Below are positions 40,961-54,474 of a stretch of DNA of 64,000 bases, piece after piece. Both the position numbers and the translations under genes were made by a program. The DNA lies in assembly GCA_964016885.1 (NCBI GenBank), contig OZ024741.1, positions 230,020,001 through 230,084,000 on the forward strand. The letters are read 5' to 3'. The notes under the pieces are model-generated. The model was not told the DNA's origin. It worked only from the letters and a program-made list of their open reading frames with translations, and did not search any database. Origin of the DNA: Eledone cirrhosa (lineage: Eukaryota). Within the stretch, counting starts at the first letter, position 1; each line of letters begins with the position of its first letter.

Positions 40961-41809
40961 TAAAATGACAGGAGGCCGGAATGACCAGTTCTATTAGTGG
41001 TGAACCACCAAACTTAAATGTATATATATGTATAATGATGTGCCAGGCGGAACGAATAGAACGTAAGGTTACTAGAAAAATAGCAGCCAGGACCATTCGA
41101 TATATTAAAGCGGTCTATATGTCTCTTGTGATTTGAACTCATATAACTTTATATCAGCGTTCGTCTGTCCTTACAGTAGCATAAGGATCCGAAAATTGTT
41201 TCTCCTTGAGCTATCGTAATTGTAGAGGATTATGGTGAGTTTTTACCTCAATATATACTTTTGATACATTTGCTCCATCGCTTTTGTTGAGCTTTAATAT
41301 ATCGAATGGTTCTGGCTGCTATTTCTTTAGTAACCTTTCGTTCTATTCGTTCCGCCTGGTACATTATTTCCATGTGCTCTCTCTTTTAATGCATATGTGT
41401 TATTTAGTTTTCTACCAAACATAGTAGTGAAGTGAATATTGATGTGAGTATCCGCTGAGAATCGCCAACCCAATAATTACCCTCACTGAATTTTACGAAA
41501 CAGTTCTATCCATAAACTCTCCGGGTACATGATAGTTATCATGGTAGCTTCGTTTTCCTCAATTCATCGTTTTGATTGGGTTCTGTGAACGATAATATTT
41601 TAATGAACATTTTCCTTACCCTGGTGGTCTATGTCCCTTGTGATTTGAACTCATATAAATGACTATATATCAGTGTTCGTCTCTCCTTACAATATTATAA
41701 GGGCCGGAAAAAATTTCTCCTTAAGCTATAAATATTATAGGAGACTATTGTGAGTTTTCAACACACTCTCTCTCTCTATATATATACATTTAAGTTTGGG
41801 TGGTTTATC

Positions 41810-41886
<77 letters not shown>

Positions 41887-41888
<2 letters not shown>

Positions 41889-44158
41889 TCTGCAAAATCC
41901 TACTTCAGTGCCTCAAAGTGGCACAGCGGTGATCCTGGCTGTCTGTTAGCTATGGTATCGAGACTCAGTGTCCTGGCAGGTTTTACCATGCTACGCAGGT
42001 ATCAGACTATTTGTCCTAGAGATAATTCATCATCTTCTAGAGTTCGAAAGCTAGCTAAACTGAAGAGGTACCGGCTTGCCACCCAGCCAGTGGGATGGCG
42101 TCATCTTATGGTTAAAACAGCACGAAGAAAAGGGCCTCAGTACCCTGCGCGTCAATCGGGCCACTCCACGACGGCGGAGGGCAATCCGAGCGACGAAAGG
42201 CTGCTAAGAATCACAGGTTCCCGAAGGCAGCCAAGGAACAGGACTAATCTTGCCATATGCACCTACAACTGCAGGTCTTTGGCAGGGGAGGGGGCTGAAC
42301 CACCTAATGGAGGAGAAGAAGAAGATCAGGTGCGACGTATTAGGGCTGTTCGAGACCCGCCAGAAGAAGGAGGCGAGTTCGCGATGGCAAGATGGATACG
42401 CCGTGAGACTCGGGAAAGCAGAGGGTGCCAGGTCGGTCGGAGGTATAGGGTTCATCGTAAGCAAGGAATGGGCTTCGAAGGTCGCTTCTTGCCAGTTCAT
42501 ATCGTCACGGATTGGTGTACTGAACGTGAATCTCTCAGGGAAGGCCACCCTCAAGATCGTCCAGACATACGCTCCCACAAGTGCCAGCGACGACGATGAG
42601 GTGGAAGAATTCTATCGCCAGCTAGACAAAGTGCTAGCTATGAAGTCCACTTACACCGTCGTAATGGGAGACTTCAACGCAAAGGTCGCACAAGGGCGAC
42701 AAGGGGAAGAGTATGTCGGAAGATTCGGCCTAGGAGAGCGAAATGAGAGAGGAGAGCGTCTGGTCACCATGGCGGAGGCGAGACGGCACTACATCGGAAA
42801 CAGCCTATTCAGGAAGAAAATGGAGAAGAGATGGACCTGGGTATCGCCAAATACTGAGAACCGAAACGAGATCGACTACATCTTGGTCGACAAGCGACGC
42901 ATACTGCAGGACGTCTCCGTGATAACACGATTCAACACTGGCAGTGATCATTATCTGGTGAGGGCAAAGGTCGTCATCGACTGGACGAGGCAGAAGAAGG
43001 CGTCGAAGGGAGAACGCATCCAGGTCTTCAACGAGGCGCAGCTGCCGGAAGCCATCATCCAGGAAAACTGGCGTCAAGGAGACGGCATAGACGCTGACTA
43101 CGACTCACTGATAAGGAAACTGAAGGAATTCTTGAGGAAGGCTAAGGGTGTGTGCCCGAGGGGGCAAAAGGGAAGTGTCTCGGATGAAACTATGAAGTTG
43201 CTTGAGAAGAGGAAGAATATGAAGAGGACACCTGAAGTTCACGTCGAATATTCCCTTCTCAGCAGAGTGATATGTCAACAACTGAAGAGAGACTTCGAGG
43301 CATACTGGCTGGAGAAGCTCCTGAAGGCCGCAAAGGAAAAGAAGAGCCTCAAGAAATGCGAGAGGGACATGACAATGTACAGATCTGAGGTGACGACCTT
43401 GAAGAACACGGCTGGGTAACGGTCAGCGACAAGAGTGAGGTGGAAAAGGTTTGCGAAGACTTCTCTACCAAGCTCTTCAAGTCTGCCGGGAATGTGCGGC
43501 CGTTACCGCCACTCCAACAGGAGGAGAATGTGCCACCATTCCTTGTCGGTGAGGTCGAAAGAGCCATCGGCTTGATGAAAAGCGGAAAGGCGCCGGGGAA
43601 AGACGGCATAACATCGCAAGTGTTGAAGTCAGGCAGAGAGCAGCTCTGGAGGATCCTCGCTGAGCTATTCACACACTATCTGGACGAGGGAAGAATACCC
43701 TCGCAGTGGAAAGAGTCGAATACCACCCTGCTATGTAAGAAGGGCGATGGAGAAGATCTGAAGAACTACCGACCCGTATGCCTGCTGTCTCACGTGTACA
43801 AGCTGTTCACGAGGATAATCCTGAACAGGTTATCACATCATCTGGACGAACAGCAACCGAGAGAGCAAGTCGGCTTCCGGAAGAACGATGGACCACATAT
43901 TTACTCTGACACAACTGATTGAGGGAGCGAAAGATACAAGATGCCTCTTTGCGTCGCGTTCATAGACTACAGAGGGCCTTCGACAGCGTCGAAATCAACA
44001 CAGTGCTGAACTCGCTGCAGAGGCAGGGAGTCGAGGCGCAATACGTTCAACTGCTCAGAGAGGCGAGTCCGGATGCACCACCGACATGGCTCTGCTGTCA
44101 TCACCCGTACGAGTGGTGGTCGAGAAGGGAGTGAAGCAAGAAGATACGATCTCTCCAA
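41887..44158 (+). mobile_element. RTE-clade LINE, 5' portion (5'UTR, APE endonuclease, RT N-terminal half)
   Basis: ICTYNCRSL, YAPTS, GDFNAK, NEIDYIL and SDH (APE); KAPGKDGI, NYRPVCLL, AFDSVE and RRGVKQ (RT). It has several frameshifts and is markedly GC-richer than its flanks. Confidence 0.95.
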
Positions 44159-44178
44159 AATAAATACAAACCGGAATT

Positions 44179-44248
<70 letters not shown>

Positions 44249-44356
44249 GGAGGTGAGTTTTATTGTAGTACAATAAAGCAATGCAGATATCGGATAGTTT
44301 GTTTTTGAAATGCGCATAATAAAATATATGGAACTCCTTTAACCATCTTTTGATCT

Positions 44357-44435
<79 letters not shown>

Positions 44436-44683
44436 AATTCCGGTTTGTATTTATTTTCTTGATTTATTCTTAAATTGAGTCTGGCAAACCATATTGTTCA
44501 TAGTTAGTATCTTTCTGACCTTAGCGAAACTGGTCCCGTACGATTTGAACACATATATGTATATGTCTGTGTTTACCTCTCTTTTATATTCCATTATAAT
44601 ATACGGCGGCTCCGAAAAATTTCTTTCCTTGAGCCATTTTATTGTAAGAGACTATTTTGAGTTTCTAACTCAATATATACCTT

Positions 44684-44765
<82 letters not shown>

Positions 44766-44769
<4 letters not shown>

Positions 44770-45325
44770 TATATTTGGCAATATACAGTATGTTTAATTA
44801 AAAACATCTGGAAGACCATACGCTATCGGTTTTAAAGTAGTGACTATGTCACTTACTTCTTTTCCGCGAAAGAAGGGAGAGAAGCTACCAGTCTGTTTCA
44901 CGCAGTTGGCGATCATCCTCCTTTCGCCAAAAATTATAGAAGCTGGATTCATATAGAATTCCAGTAATAATTAGGAACTGATTATACAGAGCGATTGCCA
45001 GTCCAGCAAAATCTAGGTATTAGGATTGGTGCTCTGAAATAACGATCTATACATGAATGTATGTATAGAATATTTGGCAATATACCGTATGTTTAATTAA
45101 AAACATTTTGAAGACCATACGCTATCGGTTTTAAATTAGTGACTATGTCACTTACTTCTTTTCGGCGAAAGAAGGGAGAGAAGCTAACAGCCTATTGACG
45201 ATCATCGGAGTCACGCACTCCCCGCTTTCACCGAAAATTATAGAAGTTGGATTCTTATAGAATTCCAGTACTAATCGTGGCTCTGACAGCGTGAAACTGA
45301 CTGTTAGCTTCTCTCCCTTCTTTCA
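44766..45325. repeat. Direct duplication of about 300 bp plus a short inverted copy, TA-flanked
   Basis: TATTTGGCAATATAC.GTATGTTTAATTAAAAACAT occurs at about 44771 and 45071. CTGTTAGCTTCTCTCCCTTCTTTC at 45301 inverts 45166-45190. Confidence 0.8.
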
Positions 45326-45744
45326 CTTACGTATTTTTCTGATTTGAAATCGTGTGTTGAAACCGATATTGTTATATTTGAAGATGGTCATGTTGCCAGT
45401 ATTGCCAATAAAATTAAGTCTTGTTGTATGGGTTTAATATATATTTTATTGTGTGGAGATTGATTATGCTTATCTGCTGACATACATTTACTTTTGGAGA
45501 CGTTTACAAATAACCCAATTTCTGCTACTTCTCTAAATAGAGCATAGCAGATCTCGACTTAGCGCTGTTCATATTCGCTGTGTCATCTGCGTAGTTAATA
45601 TTTGACAATAGCTAACCATGAGTCACATTTTGCTTCTGTTTTCAATATTAAGGAAGCTATGACAATGCAGAAGAGTAAAGCCGAAAAGATGTCCACCACC
45701 ACCTGTTTTGCATGCATACATAAATAATATATGCACAAAATATT

Positions 45745-46030
<286 letters not shown>

Positions 46031-46976
46031 GGAATTAAATCACCATAATTTTATTGCATCATATATATTTATGTTACATAGTTATTCATGTGACTTCGTC
46101 AGATGCTTACGCAACCTTCGGTGCAGTCATGCGATCATTGTGATATACTGGTGGCTATGCAACGTCCATCCAGTAGTGAATTGGTTCACCATCTATACAT
46201 ATATATATATTTATATATTCAATTTAGGATGTGCACAGGACAAAAACAATGGAAAATACAATAGAAAGACGGACATTTCCATCTCCTTAGTCAATTCTGG
46301 AAATAACTACAGTTTTGGTACATTATGGTTGATACGGTTCATTCCAGTGCACATTGTGACATAACCAAACAGGTGATGACAAGTTATGCGTTTAGGCGAA
46401 TTACACAAATATAGAAGAAAATATATCCCAAGTGCGTCAACTGACAAACAAGGGGGAGAACGGTGCATGTGGTTTAGCCAAAGGTGAAAAATATAGAAAG
46501 GAGAGAGATAGTAAAACTGAAGTAGTCCAACGAGCAGGCAAAAAAGATGACTCTGAGGAGTAGAAAGGTAAGAAAGGATTATATGATTGTTAAAAAAAGT
46601 ATATTATCTCCACCTAGCATATGCATTTACAGGGTGGACAGCCTTCAGGCTCGAACTGGAGTAACTGGTATAGCAGAACACCTATATCAATACACAGCAC
46701 ATTCACAAAATGGACGCCACTGCTTAACCTCAAACGTACCAACCTCATACCAGCAGTTGCGATAGCAAAATGCTATATTCATTAATCTCAGAACATTGGT
46801 TACAAATAACTATGCATCAACTCTGTAACAGCTGACGACATGACGCACCAAGCGGCTGTGTTGCACACTCGTGTTATAATGGTTGATACGTGTTCTTAAC
46901 GTGTTCACAGGCTTCTCCGTTTCAAATTACACTTACTTTTATCACATCTGAAAGTGTCGTTTTTTTTACAACTCTT

Positions 46977-47008
<32 letters not shown>

Positions 47009-47044
47009 TAATATAGAAATAGAAACAGATATACACAGATATAA

Positions 47045-47124
<80 letters not shown>

Positions 47125-47478
47125 CTTCAAGTGTGTTTTATATATAGATGTGCTCACTTTATCAAAACTGCTATCAACCAGAAATATCTTTTAGGTCGAT
47201 TTTTGTCGAATTCAATGTCATGCCCATACCCATGACCTTTAAACTCCTATACACACACTAATATAGAAACTTATACAGATACGCACGTCCATACACATAA
47301 ACACATACACACAATTCTACAGTGCAATAAAAGATATATATGCACACCTTTCCAGGCACAGGACTGATTTCTCACGTCTTTCACTTTATGTATATATATA
47401 TAACAAAGCAAGTGTGATAAGATATCAGGAGGACTATAACGCATCGAGTGCTCGATACTTAGGGTAGTAGAGTGGGCA

Positions 47479-47597
47479 ATAGGAAAAGAGTCAGGATCCC
47501 GACGGCAGAGCTCCGGCTGTTTCGACAGCTAGATTCGAACGTTCGGATCTAGCTGTCGAAACGGCCGGAGCTCTGCCATCGGAGTCCTGGCACTTTT

Positions 47598-47642
<45 letters not shown>

Positions 47643-47785
47643 CGAAGGAATTGTGGTAAGGAACCAGATGGACCATATCGCACCAAAGTACTCAATACTT
47701 AGGGTAGTAGAGTGGGTAATAGGAACAAGTATGACCCCGACGGCAGAGCTCAAGCTTGAGCTCTGCCGTCGCGGTCATACTTGTT

Positions 47786-47790
<5 letters not shown>
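47479..47790. repeat. Two related foldback hairpin elements separated by (TA)n
   Basis: Palindromes at 47479-47603 and 47719-47790, each preceded by ATACTTAGGGTAGTAGAGTGGG. A third relative lies at 56397-56550. Confidence 0.85.
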
Positions 47791-47845
<55 letters not shown>

Positions 47846-47853
<8 letters not shown>

Positions 47854-48155
47854 AGAAAACGAAAATTCAGTGATGTATCTGGACTTAGTTTATTTCGTGT
47901 TACAAATTTTTCGCCGGCATGTAGCTCGAGTCATGGTCCTTGTATGGATCTGGCTGATTCTACTTCTTGATAAAATTTTATCACAGTGATAAAATTTGCT
48001 CCGGACATAACACCCGTGTCTGAAAGAACCCGCAGAAGTAGAATCAGCCAGATCCATACAAGGACCATGACTCGAGCTACATGCCGGCGAAACATTTGTA
48101 ACACGAAATAAACTAAGCCCAGATGCATCACTGATTTTTCGTTTTCTTTATAATA
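47846..48155. repeat. Foldback element with about 120-bp arms and a hammerhead-like motif
   Basis: 47846-47966 is inverted at 48035-48155. The motif reads CGTGT CTGAAAGA ... GAAACATTTGTA ACACG at 48015-48105. Confidence 0.8.
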
Positions 48156-48234
48156 TCTACACTCTACTGTGATGAATATCGAGTGCTAATTTTGGCATAC
48201 CGCCTATGGAAGCACCATAGCTACCACTATACAC

Positions 48235-48274
<40 letters not shown>

Positions 48275-48389
48275 ATATATATATAGGGATTGAACGTCAA
48301 GTTACTGTTGGTTCACCAAAGTGAGTATGCGATGCGTAGTCTCCAGCATGTACTTTGGGATTGTACTAAGTAGAGTGTAATAATAATAA

Positions 48390-48515
48390 TTGTTTTTTAC
48401 TTTTGGCACAAGGCCAGCAATTACCCAGTGCATTATCGACCCCGTAAGGATGAAAGGCAAAGTTAACCTCGACGGGATTTGAACTCAGACTGTAAAGGGA
48501 CGTAACTAAGCTGGA
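48390..48515 (-). mobile_element. tRNA-derived SINE (partial)
   Basis: GGCACAAGGCCAGCAATT...ATCGACCCCGTAAGGATGAAAGGCAAAGTTAACCTC...TTTGAACTC. Confidence 0.8.
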
Positions 48516-49718
48516 AATGTGTGAAATTTTCATTACATTTATTCCGGTGAGACGCGCGTTTCCCGATTGATCAGCTCAAGGTTCAATCTGTATCAATCAG
48601 GCCCGACTCTGGAATCAACAGCTCACCAGACTTCTTTTAGCCCAATGTCGGAATAATTTCCGTACAGCGTTAAGAAAATATATATCCGTTCTCATTCATA
48701 AGTGGTGGTCAATTTTACTTTGGTTTGATTGGTGGTTTTGTGAGGAAAATGTGCGAGGAGACCTTGGCAGGAAAGTGTTCCTGAGATCATGAAGTTTGAC
48801 CAACTGTTTGGTTGACCTCTTAGCCAAACGCTGATATTTTAATATGTAAGATTTAAGTTGTTGAATAATCCTATTTGGCCAGAAACTTTTCTGGGTTTTA
48901 ACAACTTTTATTGAATTTTTCATGTGTTGTTCACGTATAATTTTAACTTTAATATTTTGCCGGGAAAGTTTTGGTTTCTGAGACCAAAAATCGAAGATAT
49001 TTTGCCCTGATAATCCGTTTAATTTAAAATCTTTGACATCTCTAAATAGGTTTTTAATGTTAATCCCTTTGAAGTTCTTCCACAAGGATTTACGAAATAA
49101 CTTCAGCATTGGTTTCAAAGGAATATAATTTCCATCTGTAGCGTTCCAACCAAACTTCTTCCTCTGTCGATTGGGGAGCAATTGTGTACATTTGTGTTTG
49201 TTAATGTGGTGTTATTACTGTTAAAATTGCCTTTAATTGAAATTGACTTATTATTTCGAGTTTCTACAGATTTTAAGACTTTCAATGAAAACTTCGGATA
49301 CTTCTCTTCATATTCTTATAGCGCTTAAAAAGAGATTTAAACCATTTTGTAAATTTGTGCATTATTGCATTCCACAGATCGGTGTAGTAAACACTGCAAC
49401 TGTTCCGTTGTAATATTATTCATCCGTAACATTTTACGCAAGCGAGACAACTGTTGAAATCTGTAGATAATTGTTGCTGGTAGAACACGACATACCTTGT
49501 TGGAAAACGGTGTGTTCTTCACTGAACACAATTGGCAGGTATTGTGGCGACTGTTTGAAAAATAAAAATAAAAATAAAAACGCAAGAGAAAAGATTATCA
49601 TACAGAACCTTGAAAAAAAGGACCTAGAATATATTTTAAATGATAATGATTTGTTTTGATAGATACGCATTCAAGAAATCACTATTGATCAGCTCAAGGT
49701 TCGATCTAGCCCGAATCT

Positions 49719-49799
<81 letters not shown>

Positions 49800-49934
49800 T
49801 ATAAAATAGATAGATACATAGACACAAACACACAGGCATACACATATGTATATATAAACACACAGAGGCATACACACATATATATAAACACACACACATA
49901 CACACACACATATATATAAACACACACACATACA

Positions 49935-50250
49935 AATGGAGTCTCTCCGGCGCTTACGACGACGAGTGTTCCAGTTGATACTAGCAACGTAACAACCTAC
50001 TCATGAAATTAACGTGCAAGTGGCTGAGCATTCCAGAAACACGTGTTCCCTTTGCGTAGTTCTCATGGAGATTCAGTGTGACAAGGCTGGTCCTTCGAAT
50101 TACAGGTAAAACTCATTTTGGCCAAATGAATGGTCTGGAGCATCGAGAAATAAAGTGTCTTGCTAAAGGAGACACCATGCCGCTGAGAATCGAACTCGCG
50201 ACCTTGAGATTATGAGCCGAATATTCTAAGCACGTGCTTTCACATCCACG
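49935..50250 (-). mobile_element. CORE-like tRNA SINE
   Basis: GGTCTGGAGCATCGAGAAATAAAGTGTCTTGCTAAAGGAGACAC...GAATCGAACTC. Confidence 0.75.
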
Positions 50251-50342
50251 AATACACATATAAACACCACCCTCGCAGAACACACTCACACACACATATA
50301 TATAGGTAGATATATATATATATATTCACAAACACGCACACA

Positions 50343-50973
50343 TCGAGGTATATAAAACTGAAGATGTTTGTCTGTGTGTGTCTGTGAGTTTGAATCCCTA
50401 AAACTCGAGAAGTACCCAACCGAAATTTTTCAAACTTTACATGTGTATTACTTATGTTTCAGGGAGTGTTAAGCACAATTTTTTCATCCCCTATTAGGCC
50501 CGATATTAGGTGAAAAACTGTGTTTTTTCAGCTTTTTAGGGTTTTTTGAGGCGTTATGTCAGACAGATTTCCTTGAAATTGTAACTATGTATTAGTTAGT
50601 CTCTTCTTCATACCGTGAGTGAAGAAAATCCAACTTTTTTATGGCCTAGGGTCCGCATTAGGTGAAAAACTTCATTTTTTCAGGTTTTTAGGGATTTTTT
50701 GAGGCGTTACATCTAGCCGATTTTCCTCAAATTTCAAGTCATATTATGCACCTTAAAAAAATTCATTTTCTTGATCCTCTAGAGCCCGCATTAGGTGAAA
50801 ACGTGCATTTTTCCTGATTCATCGAGGAAAATCCTAATGATTATCCAGCCATCAGAATATTTGATTTTTTTTCTTTACATATTGTCCGGGCATGCAGTTT
50901 TTCCACGATTAGGTCTGTTGGCGGCTCGAGTTCCAAAATACTTTATCCCATGCAACGCCGGGTACCACTGCTA

Positions 50974-50974
<1 letters not shown>
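50343..50974 (+). mobile_element. Non-autonomous Helitron
   Basis: 5' TATATAAAA...TTTGTCTGTGTG head, three internal ATTAGGTGAAAA subrepeats, and a 3' hairpin CCCATGCAACGCCGGG followed by CTAG|T at 50971-50975. Confidence 0.8.
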
Positions 50975-51036
<62 letters not shown>

Positions 51037-51069
51037 AACACAGATACACATATATATAAAGACACATAG

Positions 51070-51210
<141 letters not shown>

Positions 51211-51429
51211 TATATATATATACAAACACACACAAATATATAAACACACCCACAAATATATAAACACACACACATACATATACACAAACACACACACATT
51301 TATAGAATAGAAACACACACAAATATATAAACATGAACCCAGACACATATGTACACACACACACGTATATATATAAACTGCTCACTTTGCTGTGAAACCC
51401 CATATTAAAACCTTTTTCTTACCTCTTAC

Positions 51430-52340
51430 AATTACTTTGTCACGCTCTCTCAAAACATTACCGCTCTCTCTCACTAAAACATTATACCTTTCTCACCCTC
51501 TCTACATACCGATACATGCCTCACTCACTCTTACTAGAGTAACATTCTCACTCTCTCACTAAACCACCTCTCTCTCCTCCTCTCTACATCCGTCTACAAA
51601 CGTCACTCTCGTCTCACAATTCTCCCTATCTCACTAAAACACAAAACTCTCTCCCTCTCTCTATATCTCACTACATACTTCACGCTCTTTCACACTCACA
51701 ATTCCCCCTCTCTCATTAAACCACAAAATATCATCGCCCACTCTATATACCACTACATACCTCTGTCAATAAACCACCAAACTCTTTGCCACCATCTATA
51801 TCCCACTACATACCCCACTCTCTCACAATTCCCCCTCTCACACTAGATGACCAAATTCTCTCCCCTCTCTATATATAACTCACTCTTTATAATTCTCGTA
51901 ATTCTTACTAGCCCACCAAGCTCAGCCCCCCTCAGTATATTACACTACATGCTTCACTCTCTATTGCTTTCCCAATACTCTCTCTCAGTAGACCACCAAA
52001 TTCTCTTCCCCTCTCTATATTCCACTACATACCTCACTCTCTTTTACTCTTTTATTCTCCCTCTCATTAAACACATTCTCTCACGCTCTCTATATCCCAC
52101 TATATACCTCACTCTCTCTCACTAGACCACAAAGTTATCTCCTCCTTTCTCCATTCCACTATATAACTCACTCTCTATCACTTTATTAATTCATCCTCTA
52201 TCACTAAATCAACAAGCACTCTCCCCATCTCTATATCCCACTACACACTTCCCTCTCGCTCACAATACCCATCTCTCACTAGGCCAATAAACTTTCTCCA
52301 CCTCTCTATATTGCACTACATCCTGCACTCTCTTTCACAT
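51430..52340. repeat. Degenerate pyrimidine-rich minisatellite (roughly 60-70-bp unit)
   Basis: Recurrent CTCTATATCCCACTACATACCTCACTCTCT...CTCTCACTAAACCACCAAA blocks. Confidence 0.7.
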
Positions 52341-52417
52341 ACTATTACGGGATCACCCACAGCCCTTTATTTCACCTACTATTTTCACTGTGCAATCCTT
52401 CCTTGTCTGTTTCTCTA

Positions 52418-52479
<62 letters not shown>

Positions 52480-53127
52480 CCCCTCTCTCCCTCCCTCTCC
52501 CTCCCGCTGTCTCTCCCTCTCTCCCTCACTAATTATCTTTTTTTCCATCTCTGTTTCTCTTACATTTTCGTATCTGTTTTCCTTTCCTCTGTCATACAAT
52601 TCTCCTCCCAAGACCACAACCACTTTAACCTCAACATTTCCCTCTTATCCATCTGTCCTTCGTATCCGCCTATGTGATTACACTCTTTGTTCTTCTCTTC
52701 CCTCCCATGTATTCATTTTCAGACGAAAGTTTTAATATTTCACCCTATCTTTGCTATCATACTCTCGTTATATTCGTCACCGTATTGTATTGGTTATTAT
52801 ATTCCCTTCCACTGTTTTCCGTACATCTATCGTGTTGTTGTGTATTGTTCCAGAGGCTCGGGATTATTTGTACCTTCTGTTTTCTGACTTCCTGGATGTA
52901 CTGTTGAGAAACACACACAAACAAAAAAGAACGTACACATACACATAGTATGAAAGACAGAGAGATAACCATCATCATCATCATCATCATCATCACCACC
53001 ACCACGACAAAAGAGTGTTATGGAAGAAATCGGGTATATTCTGAGCTGGCAAAATGGTGGGTTCGGCCAGGTTTAAAACAACTGGACCGATGTAACGACG
53101 GCATCCGAACAACTCTCTCTCTCTCTC

Positions 53128-53270
<143 letters not shown>

Positions 53271-53359
53271 ATAATAATAAAATTGAAGACTAAAATCCAA
53301 AGAGGGCTCGATAAGGATAAATATATATCAAATATATAAGAACCGTAGAGCAAATATTT

Positions 53360-54432
53360 ATTAAAATAACAGATTAAAGTTTAAACAAAGAATCGCTGCT
53401 TTCATCCTTAACGGGATCTTCTGAAACTAATAAAGTCAATCTGTAAACGCAGAACTGGATATTTCAAAAAACGTTGCAACCGGAGGAAGACAGGAAGACG
53501 ATACTTTGGTTCGTGGAAACGTTCGCTATGCAAATAAGTAAAGGAATAAACAAAACATATAATTATCTCCCACATTAGGACGTAAAATATCCACGTATAG
53601 ATCGTACTATCCGTTAGGGTATAACTTGGGGCTGAAATACTATTAAAATTTCTTACTCTACGACTCCTAACCTTGCACATAACATCACAGCTTCAAATTT
53701 AGCTAAACTACCTAGCCGTAGGAACACGTGCAACCCTGTAGTTAGTACTAACTGTAATTGTAGGAATCGGGCTGATTGCCCCTATCCGAGAAATGCCTCT
53801 CTAGTAACATTGTCTACAAATGTAAGGTTGTAACACCCACGTCCCGTAGGGCCTACATAGGGTTAACCGCCAATAGTTTCAAGCAGCGTCTTTACATGCA
53901 TACCCATTCTTTTCGTTACCCTCTAAGAAGGAATATGACGTCACTTTCAGCTTATATCTGGAGTCTAAAAGACAACCACACCCAATATAAGTTACACTGG
54001 GAGATCCTAGCTGGGGCTAGATCGTATAACGGAAATAACAGACCATGTGACCTCTGCGCCGCTGAGGCCCTGGAAATACTCTACGCCACAGACCACATCT
54101 TAAACAAAAAATCTGAGACAATTTCGGCTTGTAAACATAAATTACACAAAACTTTCCTGTATTACAGCCCCACGTTATAGCCTAACGGATAGTACGATCT
54201 ATACGTGGATATTTTACGTCCTGATGTGGGAGCTAATTATATGTTTTGTTTATTCCTTTACTTATTTGCATAGCGAACGTTTCCACGAACCAAAGTATCG
54301 TCTTCCTGTCTTCCTCCGGTTGCAACGCTTTTTGAAATATCCAGTTCTGCGTTTACAGATTGACTTTGTTAGTTTCAGAAGATCCCGTTAAGGGTGAAAG
54401 CAGCGATTCTTTGCTTAAACTTTAATCTGTTA

Positions 54433-54440
<8 letters not shown>
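53360..54440 (+). mobile_element. Second Naiad-like PLE fragment with an inverted terminal repeat of about 265 bp
   Basis: 53360-53625 is inverted at 54174-54440. Further copies of this terminus lie at 56146-56311 and 61496-61605. Confidence 0.9.
53635..54180 (+). pseudogene. PLE linker and GIY-YIG endonuclease, one frameshift near 53778
   Basis: NTIKISYS..PN, CNCRNRADC/PLSEKC, IVYKC...AYIGLTANSFKQRLYMH, CDLC and LNKKSE..SACKH. Confidence 0.88.

Positions 54441-54474
<34 letters not shown>

Noticed and set aside
41887-42240. HDV-like ribozyme expected in the RTE 5'UTR
   Set aside because: I could not build a consistent nested double pseudoknot by eye; it needs an RNArobo or Infernal search.
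54200-54405. TGGATAT/GAAATATCCA pairing with CTGATGT, and CAGAAGA...GAAA motifs
   Set aside because: The core residues deviate, stem I is missing, and the other arm reads CTAATGT.
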